Shown here piece by piece: positions 48,845 through 62,109 of a stretch of 64,000 bases of DNA. Within the stretch, counting starts at the first letter, position 1. Every line of letters starts with the position of its first letter. The stretch lies in contig NC_058368.1 in NCBI RefSeq assembly GCF_018350175.1, positions 97,900,001 to 97,964,000 on the forward strand, written 5' to 3'. The translations under genes were made by a program, and so were the position numbers. The notes below the pieces were generated by a model. That model did no database searches. It saw only the letters and a program-made list of their open reading frames with translations, and had not been told where the DNA came from. Origin of the DNA: Felis catus (taxonomy: Eukaryota).

Positions 48845-49051
48845 TTTTTTTTAACGTTTATTTATTTTTGAGACAGAGAGAGAGCATGAATGGGGGAGGG
48901 TCAGAGAGAGAGGGAGACACAGAATCTGAAACAGGCTCCAGGCTCTGAGCTGTTAGCACAGAGCCTGATGTGGGGCTCAAACTCATGGACCGTGAGATCA
49001 TGACCTGAGCCAAAGTCGGACGCTTAACCGACTGAGCCACCCAGGCGCCCC
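48845..49051 (-). mobile_element. Can-SINE
   Basis: SINEC structure; TSD ctataatt(c/t)attt. Confidence 0.92.
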
Positions 49052-49599
49052 TATAATTTATTTCATAATAAATTCTGAATTTCAAGGAATTTCAATTTGT
49101 CCAAATGCATGAGGCTATGAGTTACAGATATTCTATTACGTCATCCCAGATGCAGTTTCCAAAAAGAGGAATACTTATGATATTAAACTTGACAAAATCA
49201 GAAAAAATTTTAGGCATGTATGTAATACAATCTTACAAAATAACAGATATGGGAAAACTGATTAAAATAAAACATAAATGTTGAAGTAAAAGCTACAACA
49301 GTTTACTGTCAAGTGGCCTATGGGCTTTCTCCATGTGTCTTGTACAAGGCAAGACTATGGTCACTTCTCTCTAGAACCATTCAATGTCCACAGTCTCCAG
49401 GTCCTCATTTGCCACACAACAATCAGGGTGATCTGATTATTTTAGGGTTCTCCTGCATAGTTCATCCATATTTGCTTTCATAATAAAGAAAGAAATATGA
49501 CTTCATCTAGCTTCATCTACCTTCTCCTAACCTTACTTTCAACACACTCCTCTCCCCCATAAACCTTAACCAAGAATAAGTACATGGTCCTTCCACCTC

Positions 49600-49985
49600 T
49601 TCAGACTTTCTGTGTTCCTTCTCACCACAGGCCTTCTGCATATGTGCTTCCCTTCACTGGAATGTTCTGGAAGGTTCTTCAACTACTTCCATCTGTTTAA
49701 ATCGTTCCTTCCTCAGATTCAGTTTAGAAATCATCTCCTCAAGAAGTCTTGTGATCCCTAGTCCCATTTGGGTCCCACCTATATCAGTGGGATATAGATC
49801 TCTGTCCTTTGTATCACTTATGTGGTTTATAATTGTATCTTTATTAATGTGGTTATTTGCTTAATTTTTGTTCTGTCTTCCCCAACAAACTACAGATTCC
49901 ACACAAACCTGTTGCTTAACATATTTTTATTTTTCCTCATCATTTCCTCAGTTTGTATCTAGTGCCCTCTGCTTGTTGGGGGCAT
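49600..49985 (+). mobile_element. L2 fragment
   Basis: caggccttctgcatatgtgcttcccttcactggaatgttct...ctcagattcagtttagaaatcatctcctc. Confidence 0.55.
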
Positions 49986-51244
49986 CGGTCTTTTATTTTG
50001 ACTCTTTGGGACCTCTGCACACCACATCTTTCCTGTGATTGAGGAATACTTCACCTTGTGAGCCCATTGCTAACAGCGGAAAGGCCCAGAAACTTACTTC
50101 CCTAGGCATCATACTTTGTAGCTGAGCACAGACCTCTGACCCAGGCAATGACATCCAGCTTTACAGAGGTGTAGTCTGGAAGATTCCAGGAGGTGTCTTC
50201 AGTCCCTGGAATAAACAGTGCAATCCACGGGATTGTGCCTGGTGGTCGCCCTGGGGCTGGCACCATTTTGCATCTTACTTTGAAAATTGTTCCTGGAAGA
50301 ATGGCCATCAAGCCTGCTTCTGTGACTTTCCCAGAAATTCTGAGACTTCCATCCTTAATAAAGCATTTTTATCTGCTTTAACGAGCTAGAACAGTTTCTT
50401 TGGTTTGCAACTAAGAACCTTGAAGTGAATGAATGAATAATGGAGTCTCTTTGCTGCCAACACAAATTGGATGTTTTGATGTCTATGCTGTTCTAGGAAG
50501 TTATTGCAAAAGAGATTCAAATTACAGAAGTGATCTGAGTGTTGTCTAGAGGCTTGATTATGGCCCAGCATATTTCAACTGTAGGAGGCTACAAAATGTT
50601 CTTAGATTCATGTAAATATATGCATTGTCTTCCTAATATCTATTGCTTAAAATCTTCTGACAAGTAGTTTGGAGTTCTGTGTAAGTAATTTCAGAATAAT
50701 TCAGCTCTTAATGCTCTCTCTGTGTTGTTTTATTGTGTACTGCTAAGCTGAAAGAAAAATATTAGATACTTTTGTGTCAGGATTTATAAGTACTTTATCC
50801 TTTGTTCTATACTAAAGGGAGATATTTCAAATTAAACAAATAAATTGGAAAATAGTTGTATGTGTGCTGTGATTCCCTGAATCACGCCAGCCAAGATTCT
50901 GTGAATGTATGTGTCTTATAAGAAGAGAGCAATCATTAGTAACATATTCTTCTGGTAATGAACTTTGGCATCCTGGATGGAAGGCCTGGAAGAGCTGAAA
51001 TACACTATAGCCAGTTATTAAATGTGTCAACTGGGATAACAGCAGCAGTGACTTAAGAGTTTAATTGGCCTCTCCTTGAACCATCTACCACTGGACCCTG
51101 CCAGCACTCACTTAGATAGTAGAGGCTCTCAAGCTCATATGTCACCGAGACACAAAACTGTGAAACACAGCTGCTAAAAGACATTTAAGAGGGGTAGGGA
51201 CTATGAAGGACTAGAGTGTTTATGCTATTAAAAGCTAAGCTGAT

Positions 51245-51454
51245 GGGGCACCTGGGTGGCTAAGTTAAGCGTCTGACTTCAGCTCAGGTCATGATCTCAC
51301 GGTTCATGAGTTCGAGCCTCGTGTCAGGCTCTGAGCTGTCAGCACAGCTTCGGATTCTGTGTGTGTCTCTCTCTCTGCCCCTCCCCCTCTCATGCTCTGT
51401 CTGTGTGTCTGTCTCTCTCTCAAAAATAAATAATAAACATTAAAAAAATTTAAA
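51245..51454 (+). mobile_element. Can-SINE in ERV LTR
   Basis: SINEC structure. Confidence 0.9.
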
Positions 51455-51745
51455 CACATAAACTGAGGGATATTACAATTTTTAAGAGTTTATTTCAGCA
51501 AAAGTCTATTCAAATCAGGCAGCACCAATCCAGAAGTGGTTAGGAATGTTCCACTGACAGGAGTTGGTGAGAGGCTTTCACAGAGAAAAGGCCAAAGTAG
51601 GGAAATTCTTGAATGGCTTTAATTAAAGCCTGCTTGTTTGTGATTAGTTGTTGTTAGTGTCTTGATTTCATACTCTTGTGGCATTTATAGGCTTAGATAC
51701 TGGTTAGCCATGGCATGGGAGCGACATTGGTCTAATGGCCTCCTT

Positions 51746-51943
51746 TTTTAAATTTTAACATTTATTTTTTTGAGAGACAGAGACAGTGAGAGAGAGAAAG
51801 CGAACACAAGTAGGAGAGGGAAACAGGCTTGGTGATGTGAACACAGAGCCCAATGTGGGGGTCGAACCCATGAACCATGAGATCATGACCTGAGCCCAAA
51901 TCAAGAGTTGGCTGCTTAACCAACTGAGCCACCCAGGCACCCC
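51746..51943 (-). mobile_element. Can-SINE in ERV LTR
   Basis: SINEC structure; TSD ATGGCCTCCTT. Confidence 0.9.
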
Positions 51944-52772
51944 ATGGCCTCCTTGTTTAATTAATTTAACAATACCCTGCTTTTTTGGTCATTCTCTTGC
52001 TTTTGTCTCATGATGAAACCCATAAGTTATGATGTCAAATCCATTGGAAGAATTGTTTTTGCTATTTATTTCCTTGTTCTATAAGCAAGTTACCAGGAAG
52101 AGTTTTTCCAGCATTCCAATGTTTTCCAACGTTGGTAGTATGACCAATATTTCCGACCATGTCCTCTTACACGAAGAACCGATTTTTACTGAACCTGTAT
52201 GGATAACTGTATTCCCATGAAAATAAGATTGGAGTTTCTGAATTTTGGCAGCATCAGGTAGGAAGGAAAAGGTCAATGTTTCATCCTTGTTCATAAAGGT
52301 ATATTTTCCAAATGGCTAAGAGCTTAAGAGAAAAGAGCTAAAGATTTACTTACATCTGGAAAAATAAAGCATTAAAGACCCACACAGGTCATAAGCAAAA
52401 CTAAACAAGCAAAAGTCCTAAAAATGATAGTTATTCTCATCCATTCGTTGACTCCCATGTAATTAATTCTTAGTGATGTTGATCTTTTGTTAGCAGTTTT
52501 ATACAGTTATCACTTTTTCCATTAGAGTTCTGAAATTCTCATTCAGTTCGGGGGTATGATCTGAAAGCTAGCAGAAACTTGGACTAATCAGAATCCTTTC
52601 TGTGAGTCTCCTTGAAGATGAAGGACTTTGGCAAAAGCATCAGATTAAAATCATAACCGTCTGTAAATGACAAAAGACTTAAAAAATAGCCATGGTTAAA
52701 GATCTGAGGGGAGAGTTTATTTTAATGAAAATGACAAGAAAAATTGGTTATTTCTTTGGCATGCAATGTTTT

Positions 52773-52979
52773 CTAATTCTTTTTAAGTTTTACTTATTTA
52801 TTTTGAAAGAGACAGTGACAGCATGACTGGGGCAGGGGCAGAGAGAGAGAATCCCAAGTAGGCTCCACACTGCCAGCGCAGAGCCCAGTGCAGGGCTCAA
52901 ACCCACAAAACCATGAGATCATGACTGGAACTGAAACCAAGAGCTGGACGTTTAACTGACTGAGCCACCCAGGCGCCCC
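52773..52979 (-). mobile_element. Can-SINE
   Basis: SINEC structure; 16-bp TSD TGGCATGCAATGTTTT. Confidence 0.92.
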
Positions 52980-53344
52980 TGGCATGCAATGTTTTAAAAC
53001 GCTTACAGGAATTACAACTGGCAACACTATTATACTAGGATATCATGGATTTTCAGATATTTTATATAATTTCTGTAACACTTAATATTAGTAAAATGTA
53101 TCCATACATTATAACCTAAAGAAGGTTTAGCATCACTTCTTGATGGACAATATTTCCCCTGCAGTTTAATGTATGAAATAAGCCCAATTAATTTAACATG
53201 TGTCTTTTTATAAGAAGAGACAAAGAAATCTTTTGAGATGATTCAGGGACTGTTTGCAAACCTCAAAGTTAGTTCAAAGTTAAAAAAAAACACTTCATTT
53301 AGAATTTTATTTTTGGGAAGTGTGTTTAAGAAAATAAGCATTTA

Positions 53345-53562
53345 GGGGCACCTAGGTGGCTCAGTCGGTTCAGCGTCTGATTATGGCTCAGGTCATGATC
53401 TTGTAGTACACAAGTTTGAGCCCCATGTGGGGCTCTGTGATGACAGCTTAAAGCCTGGAGCCTGCTTTGGATTCTGTGTCTCCCTCTCTCTCTCTCTCTG
53501 CCTCTCCCTCGTTTGCACTCTCTCTCTCTCTCAAAAATAAACACTAAAAAAAATTTTTTTAA
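53345..53562 (+). mobile_element. Can-SINE
   Basis: SINEC structure. Confidence 0.9.
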
Positions 53563-53797
53563 ACATCCACTTAACCGAAGAAACCATTAAAGACTTCAAA
53601 GGCAAATGCAGAAAGTTACAGTTGTTAAGACCTTAGCTTTTTCAATATTGAGAAGACTGAGTTTTCTTAAGTAATCAAAGACCTGATAAAGACAACATGA
53701 AGCCCAAGAAATGATTTTGATGAAACACAGAATTTTTGCTTTCTAGACAGATGGCTTAAAAGTAAAACCCTTTTATAGTCTTATTAAGAGCAGACCA

Positions 53798-53900
53798 GGG
53801 GCACCTGGGTGGCTCAGTCGAGCCTCTCGCTCTTGATTTCAGCTCAGGTGATCTCACTGTCATGAGATCAAGCCTGGCCTGGGTGTGGAGCCTGCTTGGG

Positions 53901-53946
<46 letters not shown>

Positions 53947-53967
53947 TAAATAAACTTAAAAAAAAAA
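53798..53967 (+). mobile_element. Can-SINE
   Basis: SINEC structure; TSD agcagacca. Confidence 0.88.
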
Positions 53968-56198
53968 GCAGACCATTAGGTCAAGAGAACTTTGTCTGTT
54001 AAGCAGATGAAAGAAAAATGTTTAGTTTTACAGAAGTGCATATTTATTAAAGCTTATCTTATTACCTTATAATGAATCCATTGTGTTTTTAGCCAGCTTG
54101 ACTGCACAGGTAAAATTCTCTCTCTCTCTCTCTGCCCTGCTTTTCCTCCTCTTCTCTCTCTCTTCTCAGCTTTCTGTATCCAATTTGTTTGGTCTTTGTC
54201 CTCCTCTTTCCATTAAAAAAAAAAAAAAACACTTCTGCTTTAGGACACAATTACTTTGTTTTCCTTTAGCAAAAATGTGTCTCTATCATTGATACCTTTT
54301 CTTAGTCAAAACTCATCCTAGTTCCCTCACAAAGATTGTTTCTCTTATTTTTTCTCGTCATTTTAGTTATACAGATTAATTAGAATTTTTAACCCTTAGA
54401 AACCTTCCTTCCTAGTGAAAACTAACGGTTACTGTTAATTTTCTGTTTCTCTAGCTGGCCACTGCCGGTAGGACCCTAGTCACAAATGGAGTACAATCTA
54501 CCTTTTGGTACAGCCGGGTATTTGTTGCCTCCCAGTCTGACAGTTGCCAAGTCAAGTCCTCAGGACACAAAGTGTGACAAGTAAGAAGGCAATAGTTGTC
54601 TCTGGAAGAGAATGGATCAACAACAAATGGTACCCAAAAGCAAATTCACAAGTCAGAATTCAAAGATGTAATTCTTACCAATGTTTTTGTTTGCCAATCT
54701 GAATATGGAAAGAAATGGACAAAGTTAAAATTTCCCTTCCTCTCTTGGCCAGGTAACACTAACGGAGATCTGGCAGAGCTGACTTTGGTAAGAATTCTCA
54801 CCTTCTTCTGATTCCTGCCAATGTTCCCAGGATCCCGCCTATAGGCTCTAGAGGTAGCAGGGTGGCCTAGCAGGTCCCATTCTTATCCCTAGAAACTGTA
54901 GAGGAGGGAAAATAATTTTCCCTCTACCCTTTATGGTGAGCACCTGGCTAAGACCCCGTTATCTATATGGCTCCTCATAGATGGATAAACTTATGGAGGT
55001 TAAAATGCAATCCAAGATTATCTTTGGTAAATTAACCCGTGTTCAGCCTTAAGACAAAATTGCATTTACCTAAGTCCTCACACTGGACACAGTCTGGTTT
55101 CTAAGTCAGACTCAGTCTGGTTTCTAAATTGGACCCATTCTGAGCCTGGACCCAGTCCAGTTTTTAAGTCAGACCCAGTCTGGACAAAGGAATGTTCAAA
55201 TAAAGCTTGAAAGCTCATAATGCAAAAACTACAGAGCTTGGATCCAAAAGGGACCCACCTGCCCCCTCCAGCAGCAGTGAGGGAGCAGTGAGCTCAATGG
55301 GGGTCAGCAGGCACCTTCACCGGGACTTTAGCCTTCCCCTTTCTAGTCTTTCTGGGACACCCCACAGATTTATATTTGTGTCTCTGCTTCTGTCCGCGGT
55401 AGCTGCTGCTTCTTTTATTAACTCCCCAGGACATTGTGTAAAATATATCCTGTGACTGCTGTCTACACTGGCCTGCTGGGCCACCAGCAGGTAGCCCATT
55501 GAGTGGCTGTGACTCACTTTTGACCTCGCAAGCTCCTTGAGTCCTCTTCTCTCTACAAAGCCGGGACTATGAGCTCTTCATCATCTTTCCTGTGAATCTC
55601 ATATTCTCTCCTTTATCTGGCCAATAGGAAATAGTTATTCCTTGTCATGTTCTGCTTCTTATTTTCAGTGGTGGTAGTAGGAAAATCTACCACAGGATCC
55701 TTAATCCCTTAGTTACGGCTCTTTGTTAGGCTCCCTCACCCTCCCCTACAAGAGGGCTGGTTTGGATAAACTCAAGTGCAGTCTTCCATGCTGGACAGAC
55801 CTTCCCTCCATTCCAACACACAGGCCCTCAAGCTGAGTAGGGTCTCCCCAGGGAGGCCTGTGGGTAGGGTTGGACTTCTTGGTAAGTGAACTAATCCACC
55901 ACCGAATAGTATCGCCATCCCAGCAGGGTCTTCCTGTCTTCTGCTTGTTTCAATGTAATATTTAAGTAATGATAATAATACTCGAGTAGTAAGAATTAAC
56001 TGTAATACTCAAGACTACTGCATACACAGTATACAGAGCCAACCTGATGATAATAACCTGAGAACATAGTGTTATCACATACCGAGCTTTATTAAACCTT
56101 GTCCACAGCCAAGAGTAACTATTTTAGCAATCTAACGGGGAAAAAAATTACACAGCAACAGAAGCCATCCTGAGTTTTCCCTCTGCGCAGTACATTTC

Positions 56199-56269
56199 TT
56201 TTTTTCCCCCAAATGTTTGTTTCTTTTGAGAGACAGAGAGAGCACGTGCGTGAGTGCAAGCAGGTGAGG

Positions 56270-56317
<48 letters not shown>

Positions 56318-56442
56318 CCAAAGCAGGCTCCAAGTTGTCAGCCCAGAACCTGGTGTGAGGCTGGATCCCACCAGCCAGTTAGATCATGACCTGAGTCAAA
56401 ATTGAGTCAGATGCTTAACCAGCTGAGCCACCCAGGTGCCCC
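56199..56442 (-). mobile_element. Can-SINE
   Basis: SINEC structure. Confidence 0.9.
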
Positions 56443-57379
56443 TACCCACCCCCACCCCCCGCCCCCAACAATGAATTTCCACGTGACTTCTTTAACTTCC
56501 CAATGAGCGCATCAAGTCCATAAAGATTCTCCATACCAAAAGACTACCAGTGTATATTCTTGCTCCTTTTATTCTGATAACAGAGACTCACACAAGCTGT
56601 TAGGCAGCTTTCTTTGTGAGGTGTTAAGAGAAGAAAAAGAAAAGAAGATGAATTACTGCCCGTGGAAAACGATCACTTGAGTGGAGGGTACTGAGCCACT
56701 GCAGGCTTGGGGTAGAGGAGGAGAAGGAGTCACGGCCCTAGAGAAGCATGCCTTCAACTCCATCAGAGGAAGGACGTATGCCATCACACAGTAAGAAGCA
56801 ACCTCTTGCACCATGATAAAATGCTGTCGGTCCTCAAATCATGCGAAAAAAGGGGCTTTGCTTGTCCTAAGGGACTTCTCTTCCCAAAGCTGGAAGGGTC
56901 ATAAAACAACTGCTAATGTTTTTCTAACCTCTGTCCCCTTCAAGGCACAGGACTGGAGTTGGTTTGTTTTGAATCATAATAAAATATGACAACTTCTAGC
57001 TTCTCAGCCACTCTGTCATTTATGATGCCCAATATTTTCCAAGTTCTGGTCCTTTATCATGGTGAGCCTGACTTATGAGCCATATTGAAGCTAATGCTTT
57101 CCTTCTGAAAGCAGAAACAATTTATTGTAAATGGCTATGTTTGACTATTTTTTGATGACTTCTTACTTTTGTCTCAGGAAAAATGATATTTACCGTAAAT
57201 GTCTGTTTCGTGCCTGTTGAAACATCTTTGTTCTTTTACAAGAAAAAAAAAATCTGAGGTTTGCTTGGCTTTTAACATTGCACTTTTGTTATGAGAGCAG
57301 AAGTATAGAACGAATGGCTATAATTTCTGAATTTAAATATTTTAAACCTCCTTGTTCATATATATACACATATATTCAC

Positions 57380-57596
57380 TGTGATGGTTTCTTTCTTTTC
57401 TTTTTTTTTTTTGAAGTGTCTGCTGGGCTAAGCTACATCTCCACTCATTCAAACACTAATCTGTGCGTTGTTGTGAAGGGAATTTGCAGATGGAATTGAA
57501 ATCCTTATCCAGTTGGCTTTAACTATAGGAGATTATCCTGGATAATCTAGGATCTGATTAAAGCAGTTGAAGAGCCTTAGAAGCAGGGCTGGGGAC
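57380..57596 (+). mobile_element. MLT2-like (ERVL) LTR 5' fragment
   Basis: tgtgatggtt...ggctaagctac...caaacactaatctg...gttgtgaaggg...ggagattatcctggataatct. Confidence 0.7.
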
Positions 57597-57600
57597 TGTG

Positions 57601-57603
<3 letters not shown>

Positions 57604-57666
<63 letters not shown>
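57604..57666. repeat. (TG)n(GA)n compound microsatellite
   Basis: Seen directly. Confidence 0.95.
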
Positions 57667-57669
<3 letters not shown>

Positions 57670-57679
57670 TATCCTTGTG

Positions 57680-57925
57680 TTTTAAAATTTTTTTCTAGCT
57701 TATGTATAATTGACATATTACATTGTGTGTTGAAGACATAGGACATGATGATTTGATATAAGTATACATTTCAAAATGATTACCACAATAACATTAGTTA
57801 ACACATCCAACACCTCACATAGTTAACTTTAAAAAAAAATTTTTTTTTGGCGGTGAAACCTATTCAGATTTACTTTCTTAGCAACTTTCCTGTATACAAT
57901 ATGGTGTTGCTAACTACATATAGTA
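57680..57925 (-). mobile_element. L1MA-like 3' end fragment
   Basis: tataattgacatattacattgtg...aatgattaccacaat...catccaacacctcacatagtt. Confidence 0.7.
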
Positions 57926-58646
57926 TATTTCAGAGTCTTTCATCTCCTTGGATAAATTTGGGCAAGACCACTACTCATGCTCTGAGGTCAAGGGTATCAC
58001 TGTTGGTTGGGCTCCACGTTCAAGTGGGGCTGTTGGGTCGGCTCCGGAGTCTGGAAGGGCAGCTAACTGTGTGCTGCTGTCAGGTGGGGCCACTAGCTGG
58101 CTTCTGCAATCACCTCAGGTGCGGTGGGGGCATGAACTGTGTTTCCTGGTATGGTGGTGCCAATGGCTGGATGTAGTGATTGGACAGGGATACAGTCTGT
58201 GTTTTGCAATCTGTCCAAGTTGAATGGGAACTCAGTCCTGACTCTTCCATCACCTGGTGCCACTAGCTGGAATCTGTGTCAGGTGGGGCCACAGGCAGGG
58301 CAGGAGTTGGTACAGGGGGTCAGAATATGTTGTGTGATCAGGTTAGGCCCTGAACTTGGGCATGGCCACAGCCTGGGCTTCACAGTAGGCTGTTGGCTAT
58401 GCTCAGCTGTTGGGGCGATAGTTGTTGTAATTTGTGTGGTGGGGCTATACAAATATTGTTTCTTACCAAACTCATCCCCTACCCGTGCTAGCCAAGACTA
58501 ACCCATTGGTAAGTCTTACCTCAATGTATTTTATCATAATAATTGCATGTGATTTTCTAGTGATTTTCTGAGTGGATCTTTCCAGATTTATTAGTTGCAT
58601 TCTACAGTCTATCAATCATCTATTTATGATCAGATGGACTCATGGT

Positions 58647-58868
58647 GGGGGGCGCCTGGGTGGCTCAGTTGGCTAAGCGTCTGACTTCAGCTCAGGCCAT
58701 GATTCAGCTGAGGTTGTGATCTCGCGGTTCTTGAATTGGAGCCCCCAGTTGGACTCTGTGCTGACACCTCAGAGACTGGAGCCTGCTTGGATTCTGTGTC
58801 TACCTTTCTCTCTGACCCTCCCTTGCTCATACTCTGTCTCTCTCTCTCAAAAATAAATATTTTAAAAA
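58647..58868 (+). mobile_element. Can-SINE with short internal duplication
   Basis: SINEC structure; TSD atggactca; ttcagctcaggccatgat / tcagctgaggttgtgat duplicated. Confidence 0.9.
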
Positions 58869-58874
58869 ATAAAG

Positions 58875-59400
58875 TAAATATGGACTCACGGATTTTTCTT
58901 TTATTCAATGGGTTATTATAGTTCTTATTTATTTTAATGCTCACATTGTCTCTGACTTGTCCAGTGGGAATCCCTTTGACCTGGCTCCATGTGTTCTTTT
59001 GGCACATGCTCATGTTTTTGGTTCATTTTATATGTTTTTTTTTCCTTTTTCCTTTTTCTTCTTTCTTTTTTTCTTTTCCTTTCTTTTCTTTTCTTTCTTT
59101 CTTCTTTCTTTCTTTCTTTCTTTCTTTCTTTTTTTCTTTCTTCTTTTTTCTTTCTTTTCTTTTCTTTTTTTTCTTTTCTTTTCTTTTTTTTTAGCTGTTT
59201 CTTACTTTCTGGCACAAAATGTTCAGGTTGCTCTTGTACTTTTCCTGCCCCAGTCCTGGAACCTGCTGTTTCACCAAAGACACCTGAATTTTTAAAATAG
59301 AGAATGGTATTTAGAAATAAAGATCTGAGTGTCAGGTGTGCTAATTACGCCTGGGGTGTAATGGTTCTGGGCTTTCAGACCCTTTCAGTGAGGAGAAGAA
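58875..59400 (-). mobile_element. L1MC-like 3' UTR fragment containing a T/C low-complexity expansion (59035-59192)
   Basis: gacttgtccagtgggaatccctttgacctggctcc...ctggcacaaaatgttcagg, the antisense of the 39160-39350 motif. Confidence 0.65.
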
Positions 59401-61875
59401 ATCTAAATGGCTACCTCTTAAACCTGAATACTAAGTCTCACTTTAGAACCCAGCTACATTTAACCTTTATAAGCATGCTTTACACTTGATTGTTTCCTTG
59501 TTCTGTCACATAAACCTTCCAAGTAGTTCCATTTCGATGCCTGGTTCTTCTTTCTCATTTATTAGCACTTTATTTCCTAGAATTTTCTTAGCCTTCTAGA
59601 ATCCAGTGAAAGTTTTAAATTCTATTTTCAGAGTCAATCTTCAAAGACTTCTGTGGTTTCCCTGTTATGCAACAAGTCCCAGGTTCAAGTGTCTATTCCC
59701 TGGGCTTTGGTTTACCCTTTAAAGTCCACACAAAGTTGATTAGTATGTAACAGACACTAATATTTGAGTAGAGACTTGGGGGGTTGGCAGAATAGATGAT
59801 AGTAGACGATGTTTTCATCATGTGGATTCTTTTTCCAAAGTCTGGTGCCAGTAGATTTGTCTAATGAGTTTATCTTGTGATTTAATTTCCTATAACACTG
59901 GCCTTCTCCAGAGGAATTCTTCTCTGAAACAACCAGCAGTGGGCGTGTTGTGGGTAGTTACTTTTGGAACCTTAAGTCTTAATCTGAGCTATGGCTTCTT
60001 TGGTAAGCTCAACCACATTTGAAAGTATTTTTAAAATCTTGCAAAGGATTATGGACAAAGTGCTTCAGCTAACTTTTTGTTTATAGGGTTAAAATGCTTT
60101 TGCAAGAAGACTAAAAGCCATTAGGGCCAGGACATTAGAGTTGCTTGTGGTTTTGATTCATCTGCGGTATTTTTGCCTTATAACATCAAGGGAGAAATCT
60201 GATACTGTACCCAAGAGCAAGTTCCAAAAGCAAATGGAAAATTCTTCTCTGGTACTTCTAAACCCTGGGAAAATACAACCCAATTTTTATTTATTATACT
60301 TGGATCTATAATAGCGGGGAAAATGCTATAATTTATACTCCTGAAGGTTTCTTCTTGCCTTGGATTTATTTGTGTTATACAAGCCCTTAAATATCTTAGC
60401 CCTTAAATATCTTTCTACATGAGTTACCTCTCTTTAGATACTATGTCCAAGCTGTACGTGGGAAATCCCATTCAAAGATGGCCAGAACATTAGAGGCAAA
60501 AAAAGCCCTGCTTCTCTTCTAGGGTTGTCTTTCCAGTTCAGCCCCAATCCACTCTTATCAGGAAAGAATTATGAGAGCTTGGGAATAGCAACTACCGATA
60601 TATAAAGAATTACCAAGCCATTTATACCCAAAGGAGGTTTAAAAATGTTTTTTATTTTTAAAATTTGTAAATTATTATTATAACTTGAGGACACCAAAGA
60701 ACAGGTTTGTTTAAGAGGAGAAAAAAAAATTTTCTTTTAAGGGAGAACAAGTATATCTCAGTATCTACATATCACATCAAGGGAGAGATAGATATCTCCT
60801 AACTAGAACCTACACACACACACACACACACACGAACTCATTGTCACAATATAGCCATGAATACATAAGACTATTTTTGGTGGTTAATAACAAAGAGAAA
60901 TTTTTATCTAGGAAGTTAGCTATACATTTCAGAGGTGGTTCCCAAGATTCCAGAGTACATTTCTAAATCACTGTATAATATGTCAGACTCTGTTTACCAG
61001 ACTATGATCTCCTTAAGGATGGGTATTAGGATGTTCATCTTAGTAGGTACTCAATAAACAAGTGTGACACATTGTCATCAAGAAAAGAAACTGTGAGGTG
61101 TAAAAATAGGAAAGTCATGCTGATGCCTCTGACCTTCAGATGAAGTGGCAGAGCAGGACTGCTTCTGTAAAAATAAAGCCCTGAAGGCCAAATCTGGTCT
61201 TCCTGGGTGGCCACCACAGGGATAACTTACCCCAGAGCTCCAGAGACAAATCTGTAGATGAACATGACAAGACTGGTTTATCTCACACAAATAAAAGAAA
61301 TAACAGAGCCTTGTGCCAAGTTTTGACAATTAATTTCTTTATTTGGAAAGAGAAAACCACATCACTTTAGCCATTTACTGGAACATGCAGGACGCCTACA
61401 TGGGGGTGCTCTCTCGGTTGATCAAAGATAAACAACATAGCTCACCATAATACACAGCTTCCTGCCAAGGGCTGGCAGCCCAGGGGGCATGGATATGAAG
61501 AAAAAGCTTTATATTTCATCTTCAAAGCTGAGGGTGAAATGTGATGATATTCAAGCCAAAGCTTTAGGTGGCAATGCATATGCTCTGGGGGAAGAAAATC
61601 AGGAGTTATCAGCACAATTACAGTTAGTTTCTTTCGTAACTACAAACTAGTATAGGCATTGAGCAAGGACTCTATAAAGACTCTAAATGATAGAAATTGA
61701 AAATGTTCATTTGCATATGATTTGATCATAAATCTAAAAAGAAAGTGTTTGCTCTCAGTATCTTTTCACCAAGAGAAACATGAAGTTGGCTGGAGGGTAA
61801 GTCCTTCTATGGATATTCCGCTCTTTGGAGAAAGGAGAACAATGGATTTTTGAATGTATTAAAAGTTGTAATGGA

Positions 61876-62096
61876 GGGGCACCTGGGTGGCTCCGTCAGT
61901 TGGGCATCTGACTCTTGGTTTCTGCTCAGGTAATGATCTCGGGGTTTCGTGATTTTAAACCCCATGTCAGGGCTCCACGCTGATGGTGCAGACTCTGCTT
62001 GGGATTCTCTGTCTCCCTCTCTCTCTGCCCCTCCCCCATTCATGCTGTCTCTGTCTCTCTCAAAATAAATAAACTTAAAAAAATGTTTAATAAAAA
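61876..62096 (+). mobile_element. Can-SINE
   Basis: SINEC structure; TSD aaaag(t/c)tgtaa(t/g)gga. Confidence 0.9.
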
Positions 62097-62109
62097 AAAG
62101 CTGTAAGGG

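Larger units (their letters stand above)
51226..55320 (-). mobile_element. Decayed ERV1-class (MER4-group-like) provirus: 3' LTR (~51226-51971), polypurine tract and non-coding internal region; no 5' LTR seen
   Basis: Minus-strand purine tract AAAAAAGCAGGGTAT directly precedes TGTTAAATTAATTAAACAAGGAGGCC (LTR start at 51971). AT-rich internal region, with leader-like tandem repeats at 55085-55185. Five SINE insertions. Confidence 0.65.

Noticed and set aside
58934..59300. Overlapping Lys/Arg-rich and Phe/Ser-rich ORFs
   Set aside because: Artefacts of the T/C low-complexity tract. The same applies to 40216-40569 over (GGAA)n.
60382..60413. 16-bp tandem duplication (agcccttaaatatctt x2); similar at 8786-8815
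   Set aside because: Ordinary slippage duplications with no further structure.
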